Of a stretch of 59,854 bases of DNA, positions 14,960 through 27,100 are shown piece by piece. The DNA is taken from the IMG/VR virus record IMGVR_UViG_3300020352_000627, positions 1-59,854 of that record; one strand, written 5' to 3'. Position 1 is the first letter of the stretch. The number at the start of each line of letters is the position of its first letter. The notes under the pieces are model-generated. The model was not told the origin of the DNA, did not search any database, and was given only the letters and a program-made list of their open reading frames with translations. This DNA is from a virus. Taxonomy: Duplodnaviria > Caudoviricetes. A program made the position numbers and the translations under genes.

Positions 14960-17161
14960 ATGCCAGAAAAACCTGAAGACAAAAATCCTATTCAAAATGC
15001 CTCTATTTCCCCTGACGAGGCTTATGTTTTTTGGAATAGTGATCCCAATACTCATGAAGATGCTTTGAAAGCGTCAGCTGGAGCTTTAGAAGAATATACA
15101 GGAATAAATAAAGCTACTGCTAGTAGAAGATATTTTAATGATTTTTCTAATCTTGATGGAAATACTGGTGGCAGACCAGGACTTACTAGAACAGATTATG
15201 ACTACTTCAGGCCAGACGAAGCGGTACCGAAGCATGTTAAGAGGATCATCAAAAAGGCAGAAGACGTTTATCAAAGAGTAGGTCTAGTAAAAAACGTTAT
15301 TGATTTAATGGGAGACTTTGCTGTTCAGGGAATAAAGATAGTACATAAAAACAAAAGGATTGAAAGATTCTACAGAAACTGGTTTAAGAAAGTAGCTGGG
15401 AAAGATAGATCAGAGAGATTTCTTAATAATCTATATAAAACAGGCAATGTAGTAATCAATAAACAAACAGGTAAAATATCAGCTAAAGTTAACAACAATC
15501 TATATAAAGCTATTGGTGTTGCAGATTTAAAGGTTGATTCTATGTCGGACATTAAAATAGAAAGAAGAGAGATTCCTTGGAGATATACTTTTATTGATCC
15601 TGTATGTGTAGAAGTTTCTGCTGGCTCATTATCTTCTTTTGTTCATGATAGATTTTACGAGTTAAAATTGCCTGCTTCTATAAGAAAGACTATAAATTCT
15701 CCAAAAAACGAAAATGAAAAAAACATCATAGCCAATTTACCTCCAGCAATTCTTGAAGCTGCTAAGGGAAGAAAGGGCTATCCGCTAGATCCAGATAAAA
15801 CTTTAGTCTATCATTATAAGAAAGACGATTGGCAGACTTGGGCATATCCTATGATATATGCTATTATGGATGATATTACAGTAATCGAAAAATTAAAGCT
15901 TGCAGATATTGCTGCTCTTGATGGTGCAATATCAAATATTAGAATTTTCAAGTTGGGTAGTCTAGAACATAAGATTGCTCCTACAAAAGCCGCCACAGCA
16001 AAACTGGCACAAATTTTAGGAAATAATGTTGGTGGTGGAACAATGGATCTCGTTTGGGGTCCGGATATTGAATTGCTAGAAAGCAAAACGAATGTACATA
16101 ATTTTTTGGGTGAAGGTAAGTATACCCCTCATCTTAATAGCATTTATGCTGGATTAGGCATACCTCCTACGTTAACAGGCACATTTGGGGCAGCGGGAAC
16201 GACAAATAATTTTATATCATTAAAAACTCTTACCCAAAGATTACAGTATGGTAGAGATATGCTGACTGCTTTTTGGGAAAAAGAAATGTTAGCAGTACAG
16301 AAAGCTATGGGGTTTAGATTTGCTGCTTCTATAGAATTTGACAGAATGGACTTAAGTAATGAGGACGCAGAAAAAGCCCTCTTAATACAGCTTGCTGATA
16401 GAAATCTAATTAGCGACGAATTACTACAAAGTAAATTTGGTTTCGATCCCGATATGGAAAAGACTAGACTAAACAGAGAAAACAGAGACAGAAAATCAAA
16501 ACGAATGATAGATAAATCTGGGCCTTTCCATGATCCTCAGTTTGAAAATGCTTTAAAGAAACTATCTTTACAATTAGGTGTTGTCACTCCTTCCCAAGTG
16601 GGTTTGGATTTACCAGAGAAATTAGACTCGGAAACAACGCCCATGGAATTAAAGTCGAAAAAGCCATCAACGAAGTTGGCTAACGATTCTAAAGAATCGT
16701 TGCCTGGAGTACCGGGAGAAGGAAGACCCAAATTATCTAAAGACACAAAAAAACGAAAAGAGAGAACTTTTAAACCGCAGACTGGAGCAAAAATTACAAT
16801 ATGGGCAGCGGAAGCTCAAGATGAAATCGCGGAAATAATTAATCCAATTATGCTGAGTTTTTACAGCAAGAAAAATTTGAGAAGTTTATCCAAGGCCGAA
16901 CACAAAGAATTAGACAAATTAAAAACCCAGATATTATTCTCTGTTAAGCCAGAATCCAATATAAACAAAGACTTAGTTCAGACAACACTTGCACAAATAA
17001 ATAATAAACCAAATACCGAAATGTACAAAAAATTCAATAATTGGCTAAAAGATGTCAGACATCAAGTAGGCAAAGAATTAACTTCAGAATCTTTAAAATA
17101 TATAAAATCTTCTTTTTACTCTTTGGTGTATGAACACGTATATCCACAAAAGGTACGATAA
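14960..17161 (+). CDS. Portal protein
   Basis: Directly after TerL; 733 aa; portal-like elements (VKNVIDLM, TGNV, IYAGLGIP, C-terminal GRP). Confidence 0.8.
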   Translation: MPEKPEDKNPIQNASISPDEAYVFWNSDPNTHEDALKASAGALEEYTGINKATASRRYFNDFSNLDGNTGGRPGLTRTDYDYFRPDEAVPKHVKRIIKKAEDVYQRVGLVKNVIDLMGDFAVQGIKIVHKNKRIERFYRNWFKKVAGKDRSERFLNNLYKTGNVVINKQTGKISAKVNNNLYKAIGVADLKVDSMSDIKIERREIPWRYTFIDPVCVEVSAGSLSSFVHDRFYELKLPASIRKTINSPKNENEKNIIANLPPAILEAAKGRKGYPLDPDKTLVYHYKKDDWQTWAYPMIYAIMDDITVIEKLKLADIAALDGAISNIRIFKLGSLEHKIAPTKAATAKLAQILGNNVGGGTMDLVWGPDIELLESKTNVHNFLGEGKYTPHLNSIYAGLGIPPTLTGTFGAAGTTNNFISLKTLTQRLQYGRDMLTAFWEKEMLAVQKAMGFRFAASIEFDRMDLSNEDAEKALLIQLADRNLISDELLQSKFGFDPDMEKTRLNRENRDRKSKRMIDKSGPFHDPQFENALKKLSLQLGVVTPSQVGLDLPEKLDSETTPMELKSKKPSTKLANDSKESLPGVPGEGRPKLSKDTKKRKERTFKPQTGAKITIWAAEAQDEIAEIINPIMLSFYSKKNLRSLSKAEHKELDKLKTQILFSVKPESNINKDLVQTTLAQINNKPNTEMYKKFNNWLKDVRHQVGKELTSESLKYIKSSFYSLVYEHVYPQKVR

Positions 17162-17164
17162 AAT

Positions 17165-18823
17165 ATGAATAATCTAAAAATTTATGATGTTGAAATTGCT
17201 GATGGCATAGCAGACGTTATTAAGAGTAATGCGTCTATTTCTTATGCTGCCCAGGCAGTACCTTGTTCTAAGGACAGCATCTTTTCATCTTCCGAGAAAG
17301 AATATAAAACTTTAGCATCTTATAAAGACGAAGACTTATACTATGTTCAGTCTATACTAGTAACTTCTAATTGGAACAGAAATGACGATATTTTTGAGGA
17401 AAAAGAAATCTGGAGAGCAAAGAATACTCCAGAGGATAAACCTACTAATTTAGAGCATGATGAAAATACAATCATTGGCCATATTATTTCTAACTGGCCA
17501 ATTACTGAAGAAGGTATATTAATTGATAAAGATACTCCTGAGGACAACTTACCTAAAAAGTATCATATATTAACTGGCTCGGTAATTTATAGGGCTTTTT
17601 CAGATCCTAAATTAAAATTAAGAGCAGAACAATTAATACATGAGATTGAAAATGGCGAAAAATATGTTAGTATGGAATGTATGTTTAGTGGCTTTGATTA
17701 TGGTCTTTTAAACAAACAGACTAATGCTTACGAGATTTTGCCCCGTAGTGAAACCACTGCTTATTTGACTAAACATCTTAGAGCATATGGAGGTACGGGA
17801 GAACACGAGGATTACAAAATTGGTAGAGTTTTAAGACAAATAGTATTTAGCGGTAAAGGATTTGTGGCCAAACCTGCCAATCCAGAAAGCGTTATACTGA
17901 CAATGAAGACAGAATCTGCAGATAATGAATTAAAAAATATTAACAATTTCACAGAATTAGGTGTAACTACACTTAAGTCAAGCTTTAACTCGGAGGTTGA
18001 ACCCATGAACTTAGATAAAGACGTATCAGAAATTAAAAATCAGATTGAAAGCATTGCTAAATCTTCTGAATCTATCCAAGATAGTTTCAGCAAGACCGCT
18101 TCAGATCTAGAAAAACAGTACTCTGAATTATCCGAAGCTCTTATTGCAAGCAAATCTGATTCTGAAGCCAAGGCTGATCAGATCTCTAAGCTTGATGAAG
18201 AGTTAAAGACCAAATCAGAAGAAACTGAAACCAAGAATACTGAACTTAGTACTGCTTTAGAGACTATCGTTTCTCATGAAGAAACGATCAAAGCTCACGA
18301 AGAAAAAATTGCATCATTAACAGAATCTATTGCTAGTTCTGATTCTATCATCGCTGAATACAAGATGAAAGAAGAAGAGATGGAGAAAAAAGAAAAGTTA
18401 ATGAAGAGAAAAGCTCAATTGTTAGAATCTGGAGTCGATGCTGATTCCGCAGAAGCTACTCTTGAAAAATTTGAATCACTCGACGACGAAACTTTTGATG
18501 CCATGACTGAAGTTTTGGCTGGTATGAAGCCTGTTAAAAAAGAAGAGGCGACGGATCCAGATAAAATGAAGAAGATGGTAAACAAAGACAAAGAAGCTGA
18601 AAGTAAATCACCACGCAAAATGGTCGGAAGTGAAGAAACTGAAGCTACATCAGAAGAACAAGAAGCAGAAGAATCGGAAGAAACATCTGCTGAGATTCTT
18701 GATAGTGTCGAAGTTGAAGAAGAAGTAAATCTCAGTGTAGGTGAAGAAGCTGAAGATTCAGTAGAAAGCACTCGCGCTGCTCTTGTTGATTTTGTTAATT
18801 CCAGACTCAGTACAAAAAACTAA
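17165..18823 (+). CDS. Prohead protease fused to coiled-coil scaffold
   Basis: NLEHD, VSME and G-x-G-x-V-xx-PAN motifs followed by an acidic coiled coil; between portal and capsid genes. Confidence 0.8.
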   Translation: MNNLKIYDVEIADGIADVIKSNASISYAAQAVPCSKDSIFSSSEKEYKTLASYKDEDLYYVQSILVTSNWNRNDDIFEEKEIWRAKNTPEDKPTNLEHDENTIIGHIISNWPITEEGILIDKDTPEDNLPKKYHILTGSVIYRAFSDPKLKLRAEQLIHEIENGEKYVSMECMFSGFDYGLLNKQTNAYEILPRSETTAYLTKHLRAYGGTGEHEDYKIGRVLRQIVFSGKGFVAKPANPESVILTMKTESADNELKNINNFTELGVTTLKSSFNSEVEPMNLDKDVSEIKNQIESIAKSSESIQDSFSKTASDLEKQYSELSEALIASKSDSEAKADQISKLDEELKTKSEETETKNTELSTALETIVSHEETIKAHEEKIASLTESIASSDSIIAEYKMKEEEMEKKEKLMKRKAQLLESGVDADSAEATLEKFESLDDETFDAMTEVLAGMKPVKKEEATDPDKMKKMVNKDKEAESKSPRKMVGSEETEATSEEQEAEESEETSAEILDSVEVEEEVNLSVGEEAEDSVESTRAALVDFVNSRLSTKN

Positions 18824-18844
18824 TTTTTAAAGGGAGAAATACAC

Positions 18845-19312
18845 ATGGCTCTTAAACCAGATAGAATTGAATCTCACACAGACATCTCTTTCTTCATGAA
18901 TGCAGTTGCTGAGCGAGGTGGTGTTGCTGTTGCCGCTACTGGTGCAGCAAATAGTAATACTGGCGCATCTATGGATGACGCTGGTGCTAGTGTTGAATAT
19001 GCTGTTGACCCTAGCGGTAGAGCACCTATTGGTGTCTTACTTAATGACGTTAAAGATTATGATCTTACCAAACAGCACATTAATTGGTATAAAGATGAGG
19101 TCCAAAAGGGTGGTAAAGTAACCTTGCTTCGTCAAGGTCAAGTTACTACAGACGTGATTGCTTCTGTGACTCCAAAAGCTGGTGAAACAGCTTATGTTGC
19201 TGCAAATGGTAATCTTAGTAATGCACAAGCCGCTGGTGCTTCTGCAGTTGGTATGTTTTTAAGTGGTAAAGATTCCGACGGCTACGCCAAAGTAGACATC
19301 AACATTTCTTGA
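18845..19312 (+). CDS. Head decoration/cement protein
   Basis: 155 aa immediately before MCP; strong SD; highly expressed codon usage. Confidence 0.65.
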   Translation: MALKPDRIESHTDISFFMNAVAERGGVAVAATGAANSNTGASMDDAGASVEYAVDPSGRAPIGVLLNDVKDYDLTKQHINWYKDEVQKGGKVTLLRQGQVTTDVIASVTPKAGETAYVAANGNLSNAQAAGASAVGMFLSGKDSDGYAKVDINIS

Positions 19313-19335
19313 AACTAACAAAGGGAGAACGAATA

Positions 19336-20343
19336 ATGGCAGATACTTTCAAACCAACACCAGAAATCACTGATCTTCTGGTCAAGTCTGGATCAGCAGA
19401 CAGAGAAGTTGCTTTAGCAGCAAACAAAGAGTTTGCAAAAGCTTTAGAGCTTCCACTTAGACAAGGTCTTATGAGTGGCAACATTCTAGACAATATTTTT
19501 GAGTCAGTTCAGCTAGCTCCTGGAGCTACCCCTGAATTTCCTCTTGATTTCCTTGCACCTGGCACCGAAAGAGATTTCGTTGCTTACACTATTCCTAATC
19601 ATGGATATATTCCAGAGCGTCACGTTGAAAGTGATTACGTCATGGTTCCAACTTATGACGTAGGAGCTTCAATCGACTACCTCTTAAAGTATGCTCGTGA
19701 TGCTAGATGGGACGTAGTTGGTCGTGCTATGGAAGTCCTCGAAGGTTCCTTTGTTAAGAAGATGAATGATGATGGATGGCATACTCTTCTTGCTGCTGGT
19801 GTTGACCGTAACATCGTTGTCTTCGACAGTGATGCTGCTGCTAACCAGTTTACTAAGAGACTTGTCAGCCTTATGAAAACCGTTATGCGTCGTAATGGCG
19901 GTGGTAACAGTTCTTCAGCTAATAGAGGCGCTCTTACTGATCTCTATGTTTCTCCAGAAGCTATGGAAGACATCAGAAATTGGGGTGTCGATATTGTTGA
20001 TGAAGTCACTAGAAGAGAGATTTATACAGCTGCTGATGGCGCTGTTAACAGAATCTTTGGTGTTAATCTCCATGACAGAGATGAGCTTGGTGTTGGCCAA
20101 GAATACCAAAACTTCTATGGTGGCGCTAGTGCCTTAAATCAAACTGTTCCTGGTAGCAAATCTGAAATTGTTGTTGGTCTTGACCTACGCAAAAGAGATA
20201 GCTTTATCATGCCAGTTCGACAAGAAGTTCAAATCTTTGAAGACGATAGCTTACATCGTCAAAAGAGAGCAGGCTTCTACGGATGGGCAGAACTTGGTTT
20301 TGCTGTGCTAGACAACAGAAGAGTTCTTCTTGGTGCTGTCTAA
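19336..20343 (+). CDS. Major capsid protein (HK97 fold inferred)
   Basis: GGGAG SD and ATG at 19336; 335 aa; synteny; followed by a terminator. Confidence 0.85.
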   Translation: MADTFKPTPEITDLLVKSGSADREVALAANKEFAKALELPLRQGLMSGNILDNIFESVQLAPGATPEFPLDFLAPGTERDFVAYTIPNHGYIPERHVESDYVMVPTYDVGASIDYLLKYARDARWDVVGRAMEVLEGSFVKKMNDDGWHTLLAAGVDRNIVVFDSDAAANQFTKRLVSLMKTVMRRNGGGNSSSANRGALTDLYVSPEAMEDIRNWGVDIVDEVTRREIYTAADGAVNRIFGVNLHDRDELGVGQEYQNFYGGASALNQTVPGSKSEIVVGLDLRKRDSFIMPVRQEVQIFEDDSLHRQKRAGFYGWAELGFAVLDNRRVLLGAV

Positions 20344-20371
20344 TTTCTGGCGATATCTTTATCACTAATAG

Positions 20372-20402
20372 AAAGCCGCCTCTCGCTGGGGCGGCTTTTT
20401 TT
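20372..20402 (+). terminator. Rho-independent terminator
   Basis: AAAGCCGCC...GGCGGCTTT followed by a T run. Confidence 0.9.
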
Positions 20403-20484
20403 ATTAAATTATTGCGGTAGAAGTATAAGTATACTAAGGTGTATACTATTATATCCACAGGCCTTTTGATGAAAGATATGCCAT

Positions 20485-20892
20485 ATGAGCGCTGGTAACT
20501 ATGACTTTAAGATAGAACAAGGAACTTCATTCAGGATGTCTTTGGTTTATAAAGACGCCAATGGAGATCCTATAGATATTACTAATTGGTGCGCCAGATT
20601 GACCTGGAAGACAAGCTCCAATACCACTCAGATTTTTACCACAGAAAATACAGATCTAAATTCTTACAAGTTTGAAATTGTTGGAGCAGCAGGAAAAATT
20701 AATTTCTTACTACCTGCCTCTACAACCAATTCTTATGATTTTAATACAGCTAAATATGATTTAGAATTACAAGCAGATTATGATCATTATGCTGGAGGAG
20801 GAGGAAAGTATACTGTTCGTATTATGTTTGGAACAGTAAATATTATCAAGAGAAACAGCAAGTCTGGAACAGCCCTGGAGTGCCAACCATGA
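20485..20892 (+). CDS. BppU-like Ig-fold virion protein
   Basis: IEQG.SF...YKD..G.PID.T...YDLEL...G.V pattern; paralog of the N-terminus of 39406-40347; GGTGTA at 20438. Confidence 0.65.
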   Translation: MSAGNYDFKIEQGTSFRMSLVYKDANGDPIDITNWCARLTWKTSSNTTQIFTTENTDLNSYKFEIVGAAGKINFLLPASTTNSYDFNTAKYDLELQADYDHYAGGGGKYTVRIMFGTVNIIKRNSKSGTALECQP

Positions 20893-21143
20893 GTGATTTT
20901 ACTGTAGAAGTTGTTGACACCAATAACCTTTTAGAAATAGAAACAAGTACAGCTGTAACTCACGGAGATGGAATTAGTATAGTTGAGCTTGAAACAACTA
21001 CGGCAGATGTTATAGAGATAACTACAGGAGTTTTTAGTTCTAGTGGTTCTGGTGGTTCTTCTAATGCTTCAGAAATTGTTGGATTAACCTCTTTTATTAA
21101 TAATGTAATAGATAATGCAACTATTGATTGTGGAACACCTTAG
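20889..21143 (+). CDS. Small virion-associated hypothetical protein
   Basis: ATGA overlap; C-terminal IDCGTP. Confidence 0.6.
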   Translation: MSDFTVEVVDTNNLLEIETSTAVTHGDGISIVELETTTADVIEITTGVFSSSGSGGSSNASEIVGLTSFINNVIDNATIDCGTP

Positions 21144-21174
21144 CACTAAACGGAAATAAAAACGGAGAAACATA

Positions 21175-24100
21175 ATGCCGGTTAATACAAGACTTCAAAT
21201 CAGAAGAGGCACTCACTCCGAATGGGTAGTTGCCAACCCTGTTTTGCATTATGGTGAGATGGCTTGGGAAAGTGATACTGGTAGGATTAAGATAGGTCTT
21301 ACGGGAGATCTAAATTGGCAGGCTATACCTTATTCTTTTGCAACTCTACAAGATCCTTCTAATGCAGGTTCTTTAAATAGTTTTTTAAGTGAATCTGGAA
21401 TTTCGCTTACTGGAGTTACGGGTGTCTATGGGCATGTTACAGGGATACAGATAGATAGTAAATTATCTCCAGGTACAGATATAGGCTTATCTACTGACGG
21501 AAACGGCTCTATAGTTATTAGTTATACGGGGGATGCCAGCTTAAATTTCCAAGATAGAGAACAAGTAGAAACTATCCAAGATATTGTAGGTAGTGGAAAT
21601 CATACTTCTACAGGATTTATTCGACAGGTTTCTGGTATAAATATAGTTTATGACGATAATGGCTCTAATGGAAGTGGTACTCTTACTTTCGCTTTAAATG
21701 AATTAGTTGGTGAGAGTGGTGTTGTTACTAGCTACAATAATGATTCTTGGAAAATAGCTACTAATTTAACATCTGGTAGTGGTATTGAAATAACAGATGT
21801 TGCAGGATCCAAGAGAATTACTGCTACAGGTCTTGCTCTTGAAAGTCATAATCATGATATTAACGATATAAATGGATTTAGTTCTGTAGATGTAACACAC
21901 AATAGTGTTAGTGGTATTAATAATTTAATCGCTAGTGGAACTGGTATTTTTGATGTATTAGAAATTAATGGCTCAAACGGGTTTGTTTTTCCTAATACGG
22001 ATGGAAATGATGATCAGATATTGGTTACAGACGGCAGCGGCGTTGTGTCTTGGCAAGACCAGCCATTAAATCATCCTGTTATAGATAACGCTCTTGGGAA
22101 TACAAGTAATAGTGGCAGAGATTATGTTCAGAATATATCTTTTGACCAATATGGTCATGTTACAGGAATTTCTCTTGGTACAGAGACTGTTGTAGACCAT
22201 TCTGTTACTGGTGTTGTTTTTAATAGTGGTAATAATGATCTGGTTTTACATAAGAGTGACGGGGTTAGCATAACAGGTAATTTATCAGGAGTTTTAGTTT
22301 CTGGTACTTCCTATCATTCAAATATATCTAATGCAGCAAATGATTCAATTAATAATAACAGAAATTATGTACAGAGTATATTACTAGATGAATATGGGCA
22401 CATAACGGGAATTATAGAGACAGCGCAAGAAACTGGGGTTGAAAGATATTATCCTGGTACAGGACTTAGTGTAAACACTACAACACAAACTTTTCATATT
22501 ACAGGAGTAGCTACAGATTTATTACAAGGAAGTATACAAAATAGCCAATTAGCTAATTCTGGTATTACTGTTAGTGGAGGTATAGGTTTACAAAATGGTG
22601 GATTTGCAGCTCTGGGAGAGACTGTTACCTTAGACGTAGATAATTCTGTGGTAGTTACAGGCAATACTTATCAATATCCTCCTTGGTTAACAGGTATAAA
22701 TGCTGATATTATCACTGCTGGCATTATTGCTGCTGATAGACTTCCTTCTTATGTTGATGATGTCATAGAAACAGGAACATTCAGCCAGCTACCTGTTGCT
22801 GGTACTGGAGGCAAGATATATGTAACTCTAGATACTAATTTTATATATAGGTGGGGAGGATCTTCATATGTACAGATTAAAGATGGAGATAATAATTATG
22901 CAACAGGATTGATATGGGATTCTGGTGCTGGTAATTTATCCATACAAATGTTTGGAAAACCTGATATAACAGAAAATTTAGACGGAAGATATTTACAATC
23001 TTTTACAGAAACTGATCCTACAGTTAGTGGATATATTAAAGCAATAACAACACAACAAATAGATAACTGGGATTTATCTTATTCTACATTAGAATCAGCT
23101 TCTGGAAACTGGAATATATCATACTCTTGGGTTACTGGGAATAGTGGATTAGTTGTATCTAGTGGAGATAATATTAGTCTCCTGATGAATGATTCAGGAT
23201 ATGCTACCACAGGAGAGCTAGTTTCTACTTCTGGCCACTTACAGACTCAGATCGATAGTTTGCCTGATGATAATACTTTTATTAGTAGTATTAATTATAG
23301 CACTACAGAAAGAAATTTGGTAGTTACAAGAAATGATGGAGTTCTCTTTACCGGCAATCTTAATATTGTAATGCATAGTGGAGATAATGTAAGTTTTCTG
23401 GTGAATGATTCAGGATATGCTACCACAGGAGAATTGATTTCTACTTCTGGGCATTTACAGACTCAAATAGATACCCTGCCTGATAGCGATACTTTTGTCA
23501 CAGGCATAGTTTATAATTCAGCTACTCATCAATTAGTATTAGATAGGAATATTGGGTCTGTTACAGGTATTTTAGACAATATTATTCATAGTGGTGATAA
23601 TGTAAGTCTTTTGACTAACGACGCAAACTATATAGATGGTTCTGGCATAAATAACTTTATCCCTGTATTTAGCGGTATTGATACTATTACGAATAGCATT
23701 ATACATCAAAGTGGAGATCGCATTGGTATCGGCACAAGTTCTCCAACAGAAAAACTAGATATTAGAGATGGAGATATTTTAGTAGGGACTAAATTACTCA
23801 TTGGTAGTGGAATATATAGTCAAACTTCACCTGGAGCTTATTTCGGATTAAAACATACAGAGCTCACAGACCCATCCGAATATATGATCATGAGCGATGG
23901 CACTCACACTTATCTTAGCGCTAAAGAAGATAGTGATGTTATTATTAGAGGCGGTGGGAATAAAGTTGATCATCAAATTGTTGTTACTGAAAGTGGTATC
24001 ACTCTTGGTAAATACAGACCTGCAGCTAGTAGTGTAGATGCAGAACATGATGTTGAGCTTGTGTATGATGATGGTGGTTGTGTCAGAATTGCTGATCGTG

Positions 24101-27100
24101 GTGGTAGTGGAATTATGTTGGGTGATTGTGCATTAAATGCTAATAATACATATGCAGGTATCAAGCATACTGACATGATGGGCGATGATGATTATATGAT
24201 AGTCAGCGATGGTACAGATACCTATATTAGTGCTAAAGATACTGGTTCTGTTTATTTACGTCCCGGTGGTAATGCCGGAGAAGGTGGAATAAAAATATCA
24301 GACGTTGGTGCTGGAGGTGTTTCAACTGTATTTAATGATGCTGGTGCTAATAGAGATATTAGAATGGCAGGCACTGGTGACCTTAATCTCTTTAGGCTTG
24401 ATGCTGATGAGGATAGAATTGGTATAGGAACACATGCACCAGCTTATAAGTTAGATGTATCTGGTACTTTTAGTGCAGATAGTATAAATGTTAATAATCA
24501 GTATACATTACCTACTGGAGATGGACTTACTGGTCACAGTTTAGTTACAGACGGTGCAGGAAATATTATATTCAGTGGAGTTTCTGCTGCTGGTGGAGAC
24601 GGTAGTGTTAATACTATTTATAGTAATGGTGTTCAGGTTGGTGATGATGATATTGAAATATTAGATTTCTCTAGTAATTTTTCTGTAAGTGAAAATCCAA
24701 ATGCCAAGATGAATATTGGTCTGTCCGATATGATTACTGTTAGTGGTCTTACTATCAGTGGACTAGATCCTACAGGTTATACTTTCCCTGCCTCTGATGG
24801 TTTTAATCGTCAAGTATTAGCTACAGACGGTAGTGGAATTGTTTATTGGAGTGGCATTAGTGATATAATGTCTGGTTTTAGTGACTATGAAATAGTGTCA
24901 TCAGCAAAAAGTAGTTTTATCGTTAATGGTGGTTTTACTGTTGGTAGTTTAGATGTGTATTATAATGGTCTAAAATTACTCAATGGTGATGATTATGTAG
25001 AGGTTGATGGAACTGGATTTACACTATCCTCTGCTGCTACTTTTAATGATGTTATAGAATGGGAAGGCCATAGAACAGCTCCTGAATATGTTACATTGGG
25101 CAATCCTGGAAATAATAGATTAGTTACTTCTGACGGATCTTCTACCACAATTAATGGTCAATCTGATTTAATTTTTGATGGTACTGGTTTAGGTCTAGGT
25201 ACTACTTCTCCATCTCCTTCTGGTGGCGAAAATTCTCTACATATACACTCTAACATATATCCAGAAATTAAACTTACTAATAATGCTACAAACAGTACTT
25301 CTTCTGATGGCGTGTCAATACTAATAGAGAATAACAAAAATTTCAGAATAATTAATTCAGAAGAAAGTTTAACAGAATTTTATAACGCTAAAGCAAATGG
25401 CTCGCTTGTAGAAACCTTAAGACTTGGAGCTACTCAATCAATATTTAACTCTGCTGGTGATGAGAATCTAGACTTTTTAGTAAGTGGTAGTGGTTCATCT
25501 AATTTAATCTTTGCAGATTCTTCTACTAATAGAGTAGGCATAGGAAATAATAGTCCTACTACTAAGCTTGATGTTTCTGGCGTTATTACTGCTAGTGGTG
25601 GAGATTCTACAGAATGGAATACTTCTTATAGTACCCTTGTTGCTAGATCCGGCTTTTGGAATCTGGCATATGATACCGTTCAAAATAAGTCTGCTAGTTG
25701 GGATAGTTCTTATGTGTGGATAACTGGAAATAGTGGTAATCTTGTATATACCAATCAAACATACGAAAATCCTTCTTGGTTGACTTCAATTAATCCAAAT
25801 ATTATAAGTGGAGAAATTCCTGAAAACAAGATTCCTGCTTCGTTCAATGATGTTCTTGAATATGCTAGCACAGGTAATTTCCCTGGCTCTGCTGCAAGCG
25901 GTATCGTTTATATTGCTCAAGATACAAATAAAATATATAGAGGGAGTGGCAGTGCATATATAGAGATTAGTAGCGATACTAATGATTTTGTGAATGCAGC
26001 TACTTTTAATACTACTGACGGAACTCTTCTTTTAACCAGGATTTCTTCAACTGCTGTAACAACTAATTTAGATGGCAGATATACAACAGGATCTGGTACG
26101 GCCAATTATCTTGCTAAATGGACTTCAAGTAAAAACATATCAAGTGGAATTATTTATGATGATGGGACTAATATTGGTATAGGAACGGCTTCTCCTAATT
26201 ATAAATTAGATGTTGCGGGTAGTGGTAGTTTTAATAGTTTAAATATCAATGACGCATTTACTTTTCCAACTAGTGACGGTACGGAAGGTCAATCTCTTGT
26301 TAGTGATGGTGCTGGTACTGTGGTCTGGTCAGGCATAGACACAGATACTAATAACTATGTGACCGGTGTGGCTTTTGATACTGCCACAGAAGTTTTAACT
26401 CTTAATAGATTAGATTTGTCTGATCTTACAACCTCTTCATTTAGTGGAGTATACCTTAAAGAACTTTCACAAGATCCTTCTCCTCAGCTAGGAGGTGATT
26501 TAGATCTTAGTGGTAACGATATAACTGGAAATGGCAGTATTAATATTGGTGGAGATTTGACTACAAATGGAAATAATGTAGATATTGGTAGTACAGCATA
26601 TGGTTTACAGGTATCAAGTTCTGCTGCAACTTTAGCTTCTAATAGACTTCAGATTCTGGGTAGTGAAACTGTATTTAATCAAGCAGGATCAACTGCTGAT
26701 TTTAGGGTAGAGGGAACAGGTCAGAGTCATCTACTATTTATAGATTCTTCTAAAGACAGTGTTGGTATAGCTACTGAATATCCTACATCTAAACTTACTA
26801 TTGGTAGTGGTTATCTCGATGGTGGTGGAATATGTGTAGATATGGAAGGTGTTAATCAGCCATCATTTACAGCTAGAAGAGAAAATGGAGATCCTGTATT
26901 TTCAATTTTATCATATACTAGTCAAGTCTATATGTCTGTTGGAGTTTACTACAATGGAAGTCAATGGGTTCATTCTAGTGACAATTCTAATAGCTCAATA
27001 TTTACAATAGATCCTCCTAATGGAGTATTATGGTATTCTAGTAATAGCGCTTCTAGTATTAGTAACGTAGCTAACGCAGTAAACTTATGGGACGCTCAAG